From contig OZ024742.1 in the NCBI GenBank assembly GCA_964016885.1, positions 273,544,001 to 273,608,000 on the forward strand: a stretch of DNA of 64,000 nucleotides, given 5' to 3'. The notes under the pieces are model-generated. The model did not search any database. It saw only the letters and a list, made by a program, of their open reading frames with translations, and was not told where the DNA came from. Below are positions 13,101 through 24,958 of the stretch, in pieces. The DNA is from Eledone cirrhosa. Its lineage: Eukaryota. The position numbers and the translations under genes were made by a program. Position 1 is the stretch's first letter, and each line of letters begins with the position of its first letter.

Positions 13101-15530
13101 CAAGCACACAAATCGCGAATTTGTGGTCCGTGTAGCTGATTGTCTTGAATTGTGGACAGCCTAAGGTAGACCTATCTATTTCCCTACAAAATATTCTATC
13201 TAGATATGATCTGGATGACCCTATGCTGTTTGTCCAAGTCCACATTGGCACATTCGGGAAATCCAATCGGTAACTGTCAGACAGTTCAAAACGCCTGAGC
13301 AGGTTGGTGAGGCTCTTGCACCCTCCTGCCCTATCCGCTAATCCCATACAGTCTCAGCGTGCATCTAAGATCCCGTTCCAGTCGCCCACTAACACTAAAG
13401 AGCGGGACGTTCCAAGAAAGGTCTCCAGACGCCGGAAGAAATCAGGCCGCCCTGCTCCTGTCGGGGCATAGATGGCCACTAGCCTAAAAGCTTGCCCGTC
13501 TCCGCTGGTCACGTCCAGCACCACCAACTTACATTCTGGGTCCAGGAAGATGGCCTGTATGGCGAGATCCAAACCTCTTCGAAAAAGCACAGCAACTCCT
13601 TCCCCCGATCCAGGACGGCTGGGAGATGCGTACATATGGTAGCCGCCGAGAACCGGTGCGAAGGCCCGTGCTTCGGAGATCCTGGTCTCGCTGATGGCCA
13701 CTACATCTATGTTTAGTGACCTGAGGTCGTTGAGCAGGTGGCCCTGCTTCCATGACGACCCCAAGCCACGCGCATTTATGCTGCCTCCTATTCTGAGTGA
13801 GGTCATGTTGAAATGGAGTGGAAAAGATGGGAAAGACCACTTACCTTACTTCTCGTAGAGGAAGGATGGTTTCTCCATCCTTTTCACCGAATGTGGCCTC
13901 CTCCGGAAGGATGTCCTTATAAATCCTCCTGGAGAGTGCTTATCGGAAATCTCCGATGTCTTTGGGGAATTTTTGTTTTAGTATCGTGTACGTTTTCTGT
14001 GATGCTGGTGTTGTGTTGGATGTAGTGTAATAATTGGTTGTTGTTCAAATTTAATGCTGTGTAGTGTGTATCGTTTTGGTTGTTTTTTTTTGTTTGCGTT
14101 TGTTGTGGATTTCTTTCTATTTCGCTTTTTGGTGACTTTTGTGGTGTTGGTGATGGTGGTGTTGGGGTTAATGATGGTGATGGTGTTGGTGTTTGTGGTG
14201 ATGGGGTTGGTGATGCTGGTGTGGATGGTGGCATAGCTGTCCTAACTTTTTTGTTTTATAGTTTATTTGTTTCCCTCTGTATTTTGTTTTTGGAGGGGGA
14301 AGGAATAGGATTTTTTTCTTTTTTGGTTTCTTTTTCTTTTTTTCTTTTTACATGATACCGTTTCCCACTCCTCGTCGTCACAATCTCTCTAGAGTTGCGA
14401 TAGGTCGGGGAGTGGAAAATCCTCCACAGGCGTTGGTTTTGGTTGTGGCGTGGTGTATGGTGTTGGCGCTGGTGCTTTTTCTGGGTCGTTGGGTGGTGGT
14501 GGTGTTGGTTTTGCTACTGTTGCTAGGGTTGTTGCTGTTACAGTTGCTTCTGTTGTTGCTGCTACAGTTGTTGCTGCCATTTCTGCTGCTGGTGGTCTTG
14601 ATGGTTGAGTCACTGGCGTGGGTAAGAGCGGTGGCCTCAACCTTTTAGCCTGAGGGCAGAAAGCCCTTAGGTGGGTTCCTTTACCACAATCGACACACCT
14701 AGGCATTCTTCCCTCGACGATTACGGTGAAGTTGCTGCCGTCAGTGAGGTCTATTACCTCTGGTATCTCCTGAATGCTTTTTGGTCCGCTTGGATCAGGA
14801 GCTCCATCCCAGATCCGGACTAGTTTCTCCTGCTGACCCTGTACCCATCTTTCTTTACCATTCTTTTGGCTTCTTCTAATTCCTCCTGAATTACCTGGAT
14901 TGCTTCGCACTTTTGCTACTCTGGCAAAAGACAGGGTGGCTTTCTTATTCTCATTGTTGCTGTTGTTGTTATCGTTATTTTTGTTATTGTTAACTTTAGT
15001 TTCAGTTGTGGTGGTGGTGGCGTCAGTAGTGTTCGGTGTGGAAGAGTTCATTCTCGGTGAATTAATTTCGATATCACGAGATAATTTATTTTTTCTTTTG
15101 TTCCTGTGTCGCTGTGGTAGTGGTGGGGTGGCGTCTTCAACACCTGCAGTCATTGGAAATGGCGGGAAATGAATGTCTGCCTGAGACAAATTAAAAATAT
15201 TGCACTGCTTATATATTTAGTGTTGGCAAACGTAGTAATATTTACGATGGTGGTGTCGCTGTGAGGTGTTAGTTTGTGAGGAATGCTCTCAGCTACTTGG
15301 TGCAGCTGTGAGTCGGACATGAATTTTCAAAGAAATTTTTTTTTAATAATTATGAAAGTTTAAATTTTGGGCTCAAGGCACCAATTTTTTGAGTGTCCTT
15401 TCAGAAAACAATGTATGTGCCCTGATATACAATTAACAATAAAAATGTTCCATAAATGGCAATTTTAAACAACTGAAAACAACAAACCTTTGCGGAGCTC
15501 ACGATAATACAATTTACTAGGTAGGTCGCC
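10146..15530 (-). mobile_element. Near full-length decayed L1/Tx1-type retrotransposon, family D
   Basis: ORF1 14389-15189 has CVDCGKGTHLRAFC. ORF2 starts at 13806 (SINARGLG...VVAISETR...GDWNGILD...YTDHK), then RT (RSVRQGCPLS, AYADDVTV) and a C-terminal CPRC zinc finger. Flanked on both sides by (AAT)n. AATAAA at the 3' end. Confidence 0.9.
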
Positions 15531-15838
15531 AATAATAATAGTAATAATAATAATAATAATAATGATTTCATTTATTAGCCACAAGGGCCGACATGTAGGG
15601 GACAATACAAAGACAGCGACAGTGGGGGTTTACAATAATGTCGAGTAAAAGTGCACAATGGCAAGACTAATTTAACAATGAAAATATAAAATATAAAATA
15701 AACTATGCAAAATATAACAAAATAAATTCCCCGATAGGGGGTGGACGACCCTGGGGTGATTCGGGTACCCCACCAACCTGAACCACTCTGAGCTTCTAGG
15801 GCACCCAGGAGAGCACCCCTCTCCTCAAGTTATCTAGC

Positions 15839-18800
15839 CTATAGGCGCATGGTCAGAGTAGGCCCATTCACACGAGCCATTCTCGCCACATTCACCCACC
15901 TTTTAGCAAATGTACTGGGAGCAGCACTTCTCTCTCCACCCTCACCCTCCTTTCCAGGTGAAACTTGAAGAAGTTGATGAGGGATTGGCCGAAGAGAAAA
16001 GTGTCTGTCTTTAGTCCTTTCAACCTGGTCCACCATATAATCTCTTTCGCAACTGCCACCAGACAGAGGAAAATGTCCTGCTCTTCCTGACCTAAGGAAA
16101 GTGCCGGCTCGATCTTCACTATGGACTCGGCCGATAACTGGATTCGTTCCACACGCGACAGTAGCTGTTCGACATAACTCCACAAGTCAGTAATGCACGG
16201 ACAATGGACAAGTGCGTGCAGAACGGTTTCGTCGTTCTGGCGTATATTGGGCAGGTCCGTCTGACAGCACTTCCGTGCCTGTAGAGTTTATCTCGAACCG
16301 GCAGTGCCCCTGGTAGCACTGCCAAGCGAGGGATTTCTGGAAATTGTCCATCGTCCCCGGCTCAAAAGTCCTCCGGTACAGACTGGTCAGTTCGACTTCG
16401 TCGAGGCCCAAAGCTTCTCCGAGTGCGTCATCGCACTTGCCCACCACTAATCCTCCATAGAACTCGAGAGTGGAAGTTCCACTGATCGCATTGCCCGCTT
16501 GGTAGAGGGCAGTGAGTGCCTGGCAACATTCCAGGTGCCAGTCACCCAGTCTCGGTCTCTTCTTGACCCAGGACTGCAGCTCAGTCAAAGAAATGAGCTG
16601 CGGAAAGGCCCGTCTGATAAACGGCGACCACACCTGTTCACCATTGAGGCAGAATATCTGGAGATGTCGCAGCCTCAACGCATGTCTGCGCATCATTAGC
16701 CACGGCATGCCCAGCCCTCCGCGTGGAGGGTGCTGGCAGCAGATGGACCGCCTCACCAACGGAACTTGTCCCCTCCACAAGAATTTGAAGAGGAGCCGTT
16801 CCAACTTGACGTGGCGCAGATGGGGGCAAGGCACGACGGTTAGGCGGTAATAGATGACGGACGCGATGTACGTATTCGCCACCTCCGCGCGACCTTTCAG
16901 TGATAGCTTCCTCCCAGCCCATATTTGGGTGAGACTGGCTACTCTGCTCGTTACCTCGTCCCAATTCTTTTCCACCTGGAGGTCTGGGCCGAACCAAACC
17001 CCAAGCAACTTTACTGGTCCGTCTGTCCAGCGCCCCACGACGCTGTTGGACGGCATGGGCTTGCCTCTCCAGGTTCCGAGCTGCAAACCCATCGACTTTT
17101 CCGGGTTAAGTTTGGCTCCTGTCAACCTTTCATATTCCTTCAATAAGGTGCCGACCACCTCGATTTCTGAGGTGTTCGACACCATCACGGTGATGTCGTC
17201 CGCATAAGCCGACACCGCCTTTCCACGTCCCGGTTCGAGCGGGATGCCCTGCAACAGCTCCAGCTTCCGCAGTAAAGGCTCGAGAGTCAATACGTACAGA
17301 AGGAAAGAGAGAGGGCACCCTTGACGGACCGATCGGGAGAGCCGAAATGGTTCCGAGAGGTGGCCATTAACTTTGACCACCGAGCGTGTGCCGCTGTGCA
17401 TTGCAACGATCCAGCTTCTAAAGATAGGGCCGAAGCCAGCTTCTTTGAGGACAAACTCCAGATACCGATGGTCGACCCTATCGAATGCTTTCGATTGATC
17501 TAAATTGATCAGTGCCCCACCGAAGCCAGGTTTACATCCTACCCTCTCTATGATGTATCGCATGAGGTGGAGATTGTCGTGTATGGACCTGGCTGGGATT
17601 GCGCAAGTTTGCGCCTCCCCAACCAAATCCTCGACGACAAGCGCCAATCTCTTTGCTAACACCTTGGCGAAAATCTTAAACTCTGTGTTGCGCAGAGTTA
17701 TGGGCCTGAAGTTGTCTAATGTATCCCTTTTGTTCTCGTCTTTCCTCATCAGCGTCCCCACTCCCCTGCTCACAGAACTGGGAATACTCCCTTTCTGCTG
17801 CCAGTTACAGTAGAGTGCTTCGAGGAGTTCGGAGAGCAAGTCTGGCATATTTACGTAAAGCTCGTAGGGCAGGCCATCCAAGCCGGGTGACTTGCGCCTC
17901 ATGCAGCCGACAAGGGCGTCCTGAATTTCGGCTGAAGTAATCGGCCTTTCGCAGCGCTCAGCGTCGACCGTCGAGATGCGCGGCAAGCCGTCAAGGTAGG
18001 GACTGAAATCCGCTACTCTCTCTGACCTGCCACTCTCCCCGAACAACCGAGCAAAGTGCTGGCGAAAGGCCTCACACATCCTCTTGGAATCGCTTATCTC
18101 GTGTCCGTTTCGGTCCGCCAAAGACCGAATTGTGGTTTTATTACCACGCTGCGCCTCCGCCACGCGGGCCCATCGAACAGCTTTAGTTCCCTCGTTTCTC
18201 AGCGCACGCGCCTTAGCTCTGACAATGCAACCTTCGTGTTTGGCATTGAAGAAATGGTCTAATGCCATTCTCGCCGCTTGCACGTCAGTTGCGATGCCAC
18301 TACAAATAGCCTCGTCTAACTTATCTAACAGCTCCCCCTCCTTTCTATTTTTCTCTAACGCTAGTTCTTTGCTGAACTCTATCGAAGTTACTCTAATCTC
18401 TCTTTTGAGAGCCCCCCACCATCTGTTTTTGATGATCCCCCCTGTCAACTTTTGCTTAACTAACTTATTGACTCGGTCCCTGTAAGCGTTACGTGCCGGA
18501 AATGACATGTTCAGCTTCCAGTAGCCCGCGCCTAACCTACGCGTTTTATTTAGGTCGACCGTACAGATCACACATTTGTGATCTGAATAGGCGACCGTTT
18601 TAAAAAGTGGACAGCCCACACTATTTCTATCTATTTTCCTAATGAAGATTCTGTCTATATACGATCTAGATGACCCCATTCGGTTGGTCCATGTCCAACT
18701 GGCACATTGGGGAAATATAGTCGATACCTGTCAGACAGTTGGAACTGGCTGAGTAGGTGCTTGAGGCTTTTGCACCCCCCGCTCCTATCGGCTACTCCCA

Positions 18801-19256
18801 CACAATCCCAGTGTGCGTCTAAGATGCCATTCCAGTCCCCCGCTAACAGTAAAGGGCGAGACGTACCCAGAAAGGCCTCCAGGCGCTTAAAGAAGTCAGG
18901 TCGTCCGGCCCCTGTAGGGGCGTGGCGGCCAGCAGTCTAAAGGCACCACCTTCGCTACTGCTCACATCCAAGACCACCAACTTACCGTCCGGGTCCCGGA
19001 AGATCGACCTTACCTCGAGATCCAGTCCTTTCCTAAACAGCACTGCCACCCCACAGCCCATTCCCGGCCTGCTAACAGATGCGAAGATCTGATAGTCGTC
19101 GAAAATAGGGGCTAGTGCACGCGTGTCGGAAATTCTGGTCTCGCTTACGGCAAACACATCCATTTCCAGCGACCGGAGGTCGTTGAGCAGGCGACCCTGC
19201 TTCCAGGGTGACCCCAGGCCGCGAACATTTAAACTTCCTACTCTTAATATGGCCAT
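15839..19256 (-). pseudogene. ORF2: apurinic endonuclease, reverse transcriptase and C-terminal zinc finger, with a few frameshifts
   Basis: MAILRVGSLNVRGLG...FAVSETR (APE). An 830-aa open stretch (16187-18679) has KSPGLDGLP, FRPITL, LDQSKAFDRV, RQGCPLS and YADD. Frame breaks near 18920, 18690 and 16300-16240 could be mutations or assembly indels. Confidence 0.9.
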
Positions 19257-19265
19257 ATTGGTAAG

Positions 19266-21237
19266 CTAAGAGAGAGAGAGGGAAGGTTTACTTACCTCCC
19301 GGGTCTTGTGAAGGTCGGGTGGTTCGACCTCCATGGTTGGTGGGGTTTCTTTTGGGAACCCCTTTAAAAGTCTTGATGTGGGTTTCACGTTCGGGTTTCC
19401 CACGTCTTGAGGAAAGCTCTCTCGAATTTCTTTGAAAGAATTGAGTGACATTCGGACCAGAAGCAAATCTTCTGGCACGCAAAATGTGCTCATTTCAAAA
19501 ATCTCCCCCTCTGTTTGAATGTCCTCGCTTCGCGCTAAGAGGGCCATCAGTTTATCGTTGGCCCTTCTGACAAACACGAAGTTTTTAACATTTTGTTGGT
19601 GTGGTTTTATTTGTTTTCGTTTTGGTGAAGGTGGTGGCGATGGTTTTGGTGGTGTTGTTTCGGGTATGTCTATGTTTTTTGTAGGTGTGGTGTCTGCAAT
19701 TTCAGGTATTTGTGTGTTTATTTGTACTTGTGTTTGTTTAGGTTGTTTGCGTTTCGGGGATTGTGGAGGTGGTGTCGATGCTGCTGATGGTGCTGATGTT
19801 ATTGGGGAAGTGTCTGCGTTAGTGGTGTCTGTATTTTTTGTTGTGTGTATTTTTGTGTTTTGTAGGGGCTTTTTTTTTTTTTGTGAGATTTCTCTGTTTT
19901 TTTGCACTTTTGGGTTTTCCTTCATCTTCGCTGCTGGAAGACAAAGGGTCTGTGTCTGTGAGTGTCTCTGTGTCTGTGTGTGCGTTTATTTTTTTTTGTC
20001 TATGTATATAGTTGGGGGGGGGGAGAGCTTTCCTCGTTTTCTCCTTGGATTGGTTTTGGTGTTGGTGGTGATCCGGCTGCTTCTGATGTTGGTGTCCGTG
20101 TTTTTGTTGATGTTGATTTTGGTGGTGGTGGTGGTGCAGCTTTCCGTGCTGACACTGGCGTTGGCAACAAAGGAGGTTTGCGACCCCCTGCATTTTTGCG
20201 CTGGGGGCAGAAGGCTTGAAGATGCGTGGCCTCCCCGCAAACGAAGCAGCGTGGCCTTCTTCCGTCAATCATTAGTTGGATTGTTGTCCCGTCCTGCAGG
20301 CGGGCAAGATCTGGGATGTTATTTATATCCTCCGGTTTCATTTGGAGAAGAATCTTCAAATCCATTCCGGACCAGTCTTCTCTCTCTGTCCTTTTGATGT
20401 CCAGGAGGGTAGTGTCTGTCCCCTCCTCGATTACGCATCCCAGCAGCCACCATATGTTCATTCCTGGTGGGATGCTGGGAATGCGTACCTTCACTGTCCT
20501 TTTACCCATATAGGACGGATGCATGATAATGCGTTCCGTTCTGCAGGGGATCACCGAGTGCTTAATAGCGGACGGCCTCGGATTTGAACAGTACCGAGAT
20601 GGTACCGAACTGTTTGCCTCTTGCTTTGTACTCTATGTTACTTCCGATGTACTCCAACGCAGCCTCTACCTCTGCTTGGCTCGCAAGTTCCACTTTTCGT
20701 GTCTGCACCGAAATACATCGAAAGAGCACCGTCCTCCTTTGCATGGCCGCTATTGCCTCGTCCGGGATGGTCAGGTTTGCCCAGGACTTCTCCCGTTTAA
20801 TTAGCCTCCACGCTTTGGCTAACTGTTCGTCTTTATCGCTAATATCAATATCGATATTCAATAAGCGCTTTGTTTTTGCTGCTGCTGCTGCTGCTGCAGC
20901 AAATGTGGTGTTTCTGATGCTCTTATTGTTGTTGTTATCATTCTTGCTGTTGCCAACACCATCCTTGTTTACATTGAAGCTGTCGGTTTTTGTCGTTATT
21001 GCTCTGAGTTGTTGTTGTGGTGGTGGTGGTGGTGGCGGTGGTGGTGATGTCGTTTTCAGATGATACTGCTGCTGTGCCAGAAGATTGTGATGGTAGCTTT
21101 TTAGTTTTGCCTTCACATTCAGTAGAGTGGATGACAGGCATGACTGTAGCCGTCGTAGTCGTGGTGAAATCTGCAGTGGCTGCCTTTAAACTTTTGACCT
21201 GAACGTTGTTTACCGTTTCAAGGTCGAAAATTTCCAT
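19266..21237 (-). pseudogene. ORF1 (zinc knuckle) of family A copy 2, frameshifted
   Basis: ORF pieces 20938-21237, 20562-21116, 20000-20554 and 19266-19925. CFVCGEATHLQAFC motif. Confidence 0.8.
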
Positions 21238-21480
21238 AATTTTCTTTTGGTGGGGAAGCGATTTTTTTCGAAGATTTTAAAAATAAATCTGAATATTCGG
21301 GCTTAAAGCCCGAATATTGAGAGGTATCCCTCTCTTTAAATCAAGATGTGTACCTTAAGTTTCGTTAATGACAAGAAAATACAAAAAAAAGACACTTTAA
21401 AACAGCTTAAATCTACGAAAATTTTCCCCCGCAGACTTGTCTGTCTTCACACAATAATAACGATAATAATAATAATAATA

Positions 21481-22855
21481 GTACCAACAGGTGAGATGAT
21501 AAATGAAATTGACACTGAAGAAGAATACAAATATTTAGGTGTTCTGGAGGCTGATGACATCAAGAAGAAAACAATGAAGGAATAGATAAGATCAGTGTGA
21601 ATTAGGAGAGTAAGGAGCGTATTAAAATCATATGTAAATAGTAGGAATGTCATAAGTGCAGTGAATGCCCGAGCTGTGTCTATTATCAGGTACAGTGCGG
21701 GAATTCTGAAATGGGATGTTGCTGAACAAAAAGAATTGGATAGGAAGACTAGGAGGCTATTGACTATCTACAACATGTTCCACAAGAGGAGTGATGTCGA
21801 TAGACTCTATTTAAAGAGATCTGACGGTGAAAGAGGTCTTATTAGCATAGAACACTCTGTTCAGATGGAGAAAAACAACCTGCACAAATATGTGACTGAC
21901 AGTAGGGAGCCAATGCTCAAAATTGTACTGAAGGAGAAGACAATAGACCAGGGGATGTCCAAGGAAGAAATAACAACAAGTAGGAAGAGCAGCCTTCATG
22001 TAAAATCCCTTTATAGCACCTTCTTTAAGAAAACGGAATTTAGAGATCCACAGACACGGATTTGGTTAACAAGAGGATACCTTAAAAAAGCTACAGAATG
22101 TATGCTAATGGCTTCACAAGACCAAGCCCTCAGAACGAAGTGTCTGAAACACCATATTTCCAAGTAGGAGGCTAGCCCACTCTGTAGGATCTGTGGAGAG
22201 AGAGAGGAGACTGTGGCTCACATTGTATCCGAGTGTAAACACCTAGACCAGTCTCACTATAAAGGCTGGAGACATAACGTGATAGGCAGGGTGATCCACT
22301 GGCATCTATGCAAAGTAAACAATTTACCACATTCTGAGACGAGGTATGAGCATAAACCAGAGTCGGTGATAGAAAACGATCAGGTGAAGGTGCTATGGGA
22401 TTTTAGGATACAGAAGGACAAAAAATTAGAACACAATAGGCCTGACCTGGTGGTTTGGGACAAGGAAAAAAGATCGTGCCTGATTGTAGATGTAGCCTTG
22501 TCATTTGACACGAGAGTGCAAGAAAAAGAGAGGGAGAAAATTAACCGATACCAGGGTTTATAGTGGGAGTTAAAAAGGATTTGGAACTGCCATGAAATCA
22601 AGGTCGTCCCGATTGTCATGGCCACACTAGGTACTATCTCAAAGAGCTTCCAAGGATGGTTAAAGAAGATTAGTCCAGCCCTGCTGTTTGGAACACTTTA
22701 AAAGGCATTCTTGCTTGGAACAGCAAGAACACTCCGATACGTCCTGAATATCTGAGGCTTGATATTCATTTCAACAAACTTTCCATTTAAATAACATCAT
22801 TGACTGACACTCAAAGAATAATAATAATAATAATAATGATGATAATAATAATAAT
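21481..22855 (+). mobile_element. 5'-truncated R4/Dong-type RLE retrotransposon
   Basis: RT end (EYKYLG), thumb, CCHC finger (CRICGEREETVAHIVSEC), RHN, and PD-D nuclease RPDLVVWDKEKRSCLIVDVA...KINRY. (AAT)n tail. Confidence 0.9.
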
Positions 22856-23744
22856 ACGTGGGATATAAATATTTAGGTGTTCTGCAGGCAGATGATATCA
22901 AGAACAAAAAATGAAGGAATTGATAAGATGTGAATACATAAGGAGAGTAAGGGTCATACTAAAATCACATCTAAATAGTAGGAATGTCATATGTACAGGA
23001 AATTCCCGAGCTGTGACTATTATGAGGTACAGTGCGGGAATTCTGAAATGGAATGTTGCTGAACAAAAAGAAATGGATAGGAAGACTAGGAAGCTAATCA
23101 CTATCTACAACATGTTCCACAAGAGGAGTGATGTCGATAGACTCTATTTAAAGAGATCTGAAGGGTGAAGAGGACTGTGTTCAGATGGAGAAAAACAACC
23201 TGCACACATGTGACTGAAAGTAGGGTGCCAAAGCTCAAAGTTGTCCAAGGAGGAAATAACGAGGAGGAGGAGCAGCCTTCATGAAAAATCCCTTCTTTAG
23301 CAATACTGAATTTAGAGATCCACAGACACGGAACTGGTAAAAAAGAGGATACCTTAAAAAAGCTACATACGGAATGGTAATGACTGCACAAGAGCAACCC
23401 CTCAGAACGAAGTGGGTAAAACACCATATTGACAAGGAGGAGGCTAAGTCACTGTGTAGGATCTGTGGAGAGAGGAGACTGTGGCTCACATTGTACCCGA
23501 GTATAGACACCAAGCCCGCACTAGGTACTATCTCAAAAAGTTTCCAGGGATGGTTAAAGAAAATTGGCCCCGCCACGCTTTTTGGAACGCTTCAAAAGGC
23601 ATGCTTGCTGGAAACAGCAAGAACACTCCAATACGTCCTGAATATCTGGGGCTGCAGGTAGAGGCTTGATATTCATTTCAACAAATTTTCCAGTTAACTA
23701 ACATCAATGACTGAGACTCAAAGAACAATAATAATAATAATAAT
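22856..23744 (+). mobile_element. 5'-truncated, internally deleted R4/Dong-type copy
   Basis: YKYLG...RYSAGILKW...FHKRSDVDRLYLKR, CRICGE finger, same 3' UTR and (AAT)n tail. Confidence 0.85.
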
Positions 23745-23756
23745 ATAAATAACAAA

Positions 23757-24320
23757 TAACACAAATATGTGACTGACAGTAGGGAGTCGATGCTCAAAAT
23801 TGTACTGAAAGAGTTGACAATAGACGAGGGGATGTCCAAGGAGGAAATAACAACATGGAGGAAGAGCAACCTTCATGAAAAATCCCTTCATAGCACCTTC
23901 TTTAAGAAAACGGAATTTAGAGATCCACAGACATGGAACGGGTTAAAAAGAGGAGACCTTAAAAAAGCTACAGAAGGAATGCCAATGACTGCGCAAGAGC
24001 AAGCCCTCAGAACGAAGTGCGTGAAACACCATATTGACAAGGAGGAAGCTAGCCCACTGTGTATGATCTGTGGAGAGAGAGGAGACTGTGGCTCACATTG
24101 TATCCGAGTATAGACACCAAGCCCAGACTCACTATAAAGACTGGTGACATGATATGACAGGCAGGGTGATCCACTGGCATCTATGCAAACTAAGCAATTT
24201 ACCACATTCTCAGAAGTGGTTTGTGTATAAGCCATAGTCGGTGATATTCATTTCAACAAACTTTCCAGTTAAATAACATCAATGACTGGGACTCAAAGAA
24301 CAATTATAATAATAATTATT
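23757..24320 (+). mobile_element. 5'-truncated, internally deleted R4/Dong-type copy
   Basis: LKRGDLKKATEG..AQEQALRTK...CMICGE, same 3' UTR and (AAT)n tail. Confidence 0.8.
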
Positions 24321-24400
24321 ATTTTTCTACTTTTGGCACAAGGTCAGCAATTACTCCAGTGCATTACTGCTGCTTTATTTCATCGACCCCGTAAGGATGA
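24315..24400 (-). mobile_element. SINE fragment (core and 3' tail)
   Basis: Reverse complement 'tcatccttacggggtcgatgaaataaagcagcagtaatgcactggagtaattgctgaccttgtgccaaaagtagaaa' matches 36925-37005. Confidence 0.7.
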
Positions 24401-24402
24401 GA

Positions 24403-24794
24403 ATAATAAATAAGAGAGACTGTTTTATGCGTACATTTTCATTTTATTAATTGAATTATCTAATTCAATTATTCGTATTTCAAAGGTGCAATGGTGATTA
24501 TATAATAACCCCCTAACACGTTTTCCTCAGATGGAGTGGGGGTATTTTCCTATCTATTGATATATTACTGATTTAACGTGCTATTAACATCGCTGGATAT
24601 GTGTCCTAGACAGCGATGTTAACAGCACCTGAAACCAGTAATATGTCAATGGATAGGAAAATATATCTCACTCCATCTAATGAAAACGTGGTAGGGTGTT
24701 ATTATATAACAATCCTTGCATCTTTGAAATGTGTACACTTGATTAGATAATAAAATGAAGATGTACAAATAAAACTGTCCCCCTTATTTATTAT
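24403..24794. repeat. Diverged inverted repeat (arms about 24403-24595 and 24611-24794)
   Basis: For example ttaacatcgctg/cagcgatgttaa, ttttcctatc/gataggaaaa and ataataaataag/cttatttattat. Confidence 0.8.
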
Positions 24795-24907
24795 ACTAAA
24801 CTCCGGGTGATACCTTACAGAGAAAATTCTAATGAATGCAAATAGTTGAGTGCTTTACAGCTTTTTACGAAAACGTTGGCAGATTATTTGATCAACCACA
24901 TTTCATC

Positions 24908-24958
<51 letters not shown>

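Larger units (their letters stand above)
15561..21452 (-). mobile_element. Essentially full-length L1/Tx1-type retrotransposon, family A copy 2
   Basis: 5' UTR, ORF1 (about 21237-19266), ORF2 (19256 to about 15840) and 3' UTR ending cccttgtggctaataaa followed by (TTA)n. (AAT)n on both sides. Confidence 0.93.

Noticed and set aside
64-21202. Plus-strand ORFs over the Tx1-type elements (e.g. 19519-20397, 1132-1899)
   Set aside because: Antisense shadows of LINE ORFs and low-complexity tracts.
1-21452. 18.6-kb segmental tandem duplication explaining the two family A copies
   Set aside because: 5' ends differ by about 10 nt and the sequences after the (AAT)n differ, which fits independent insertions better. 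Not fully excluded.
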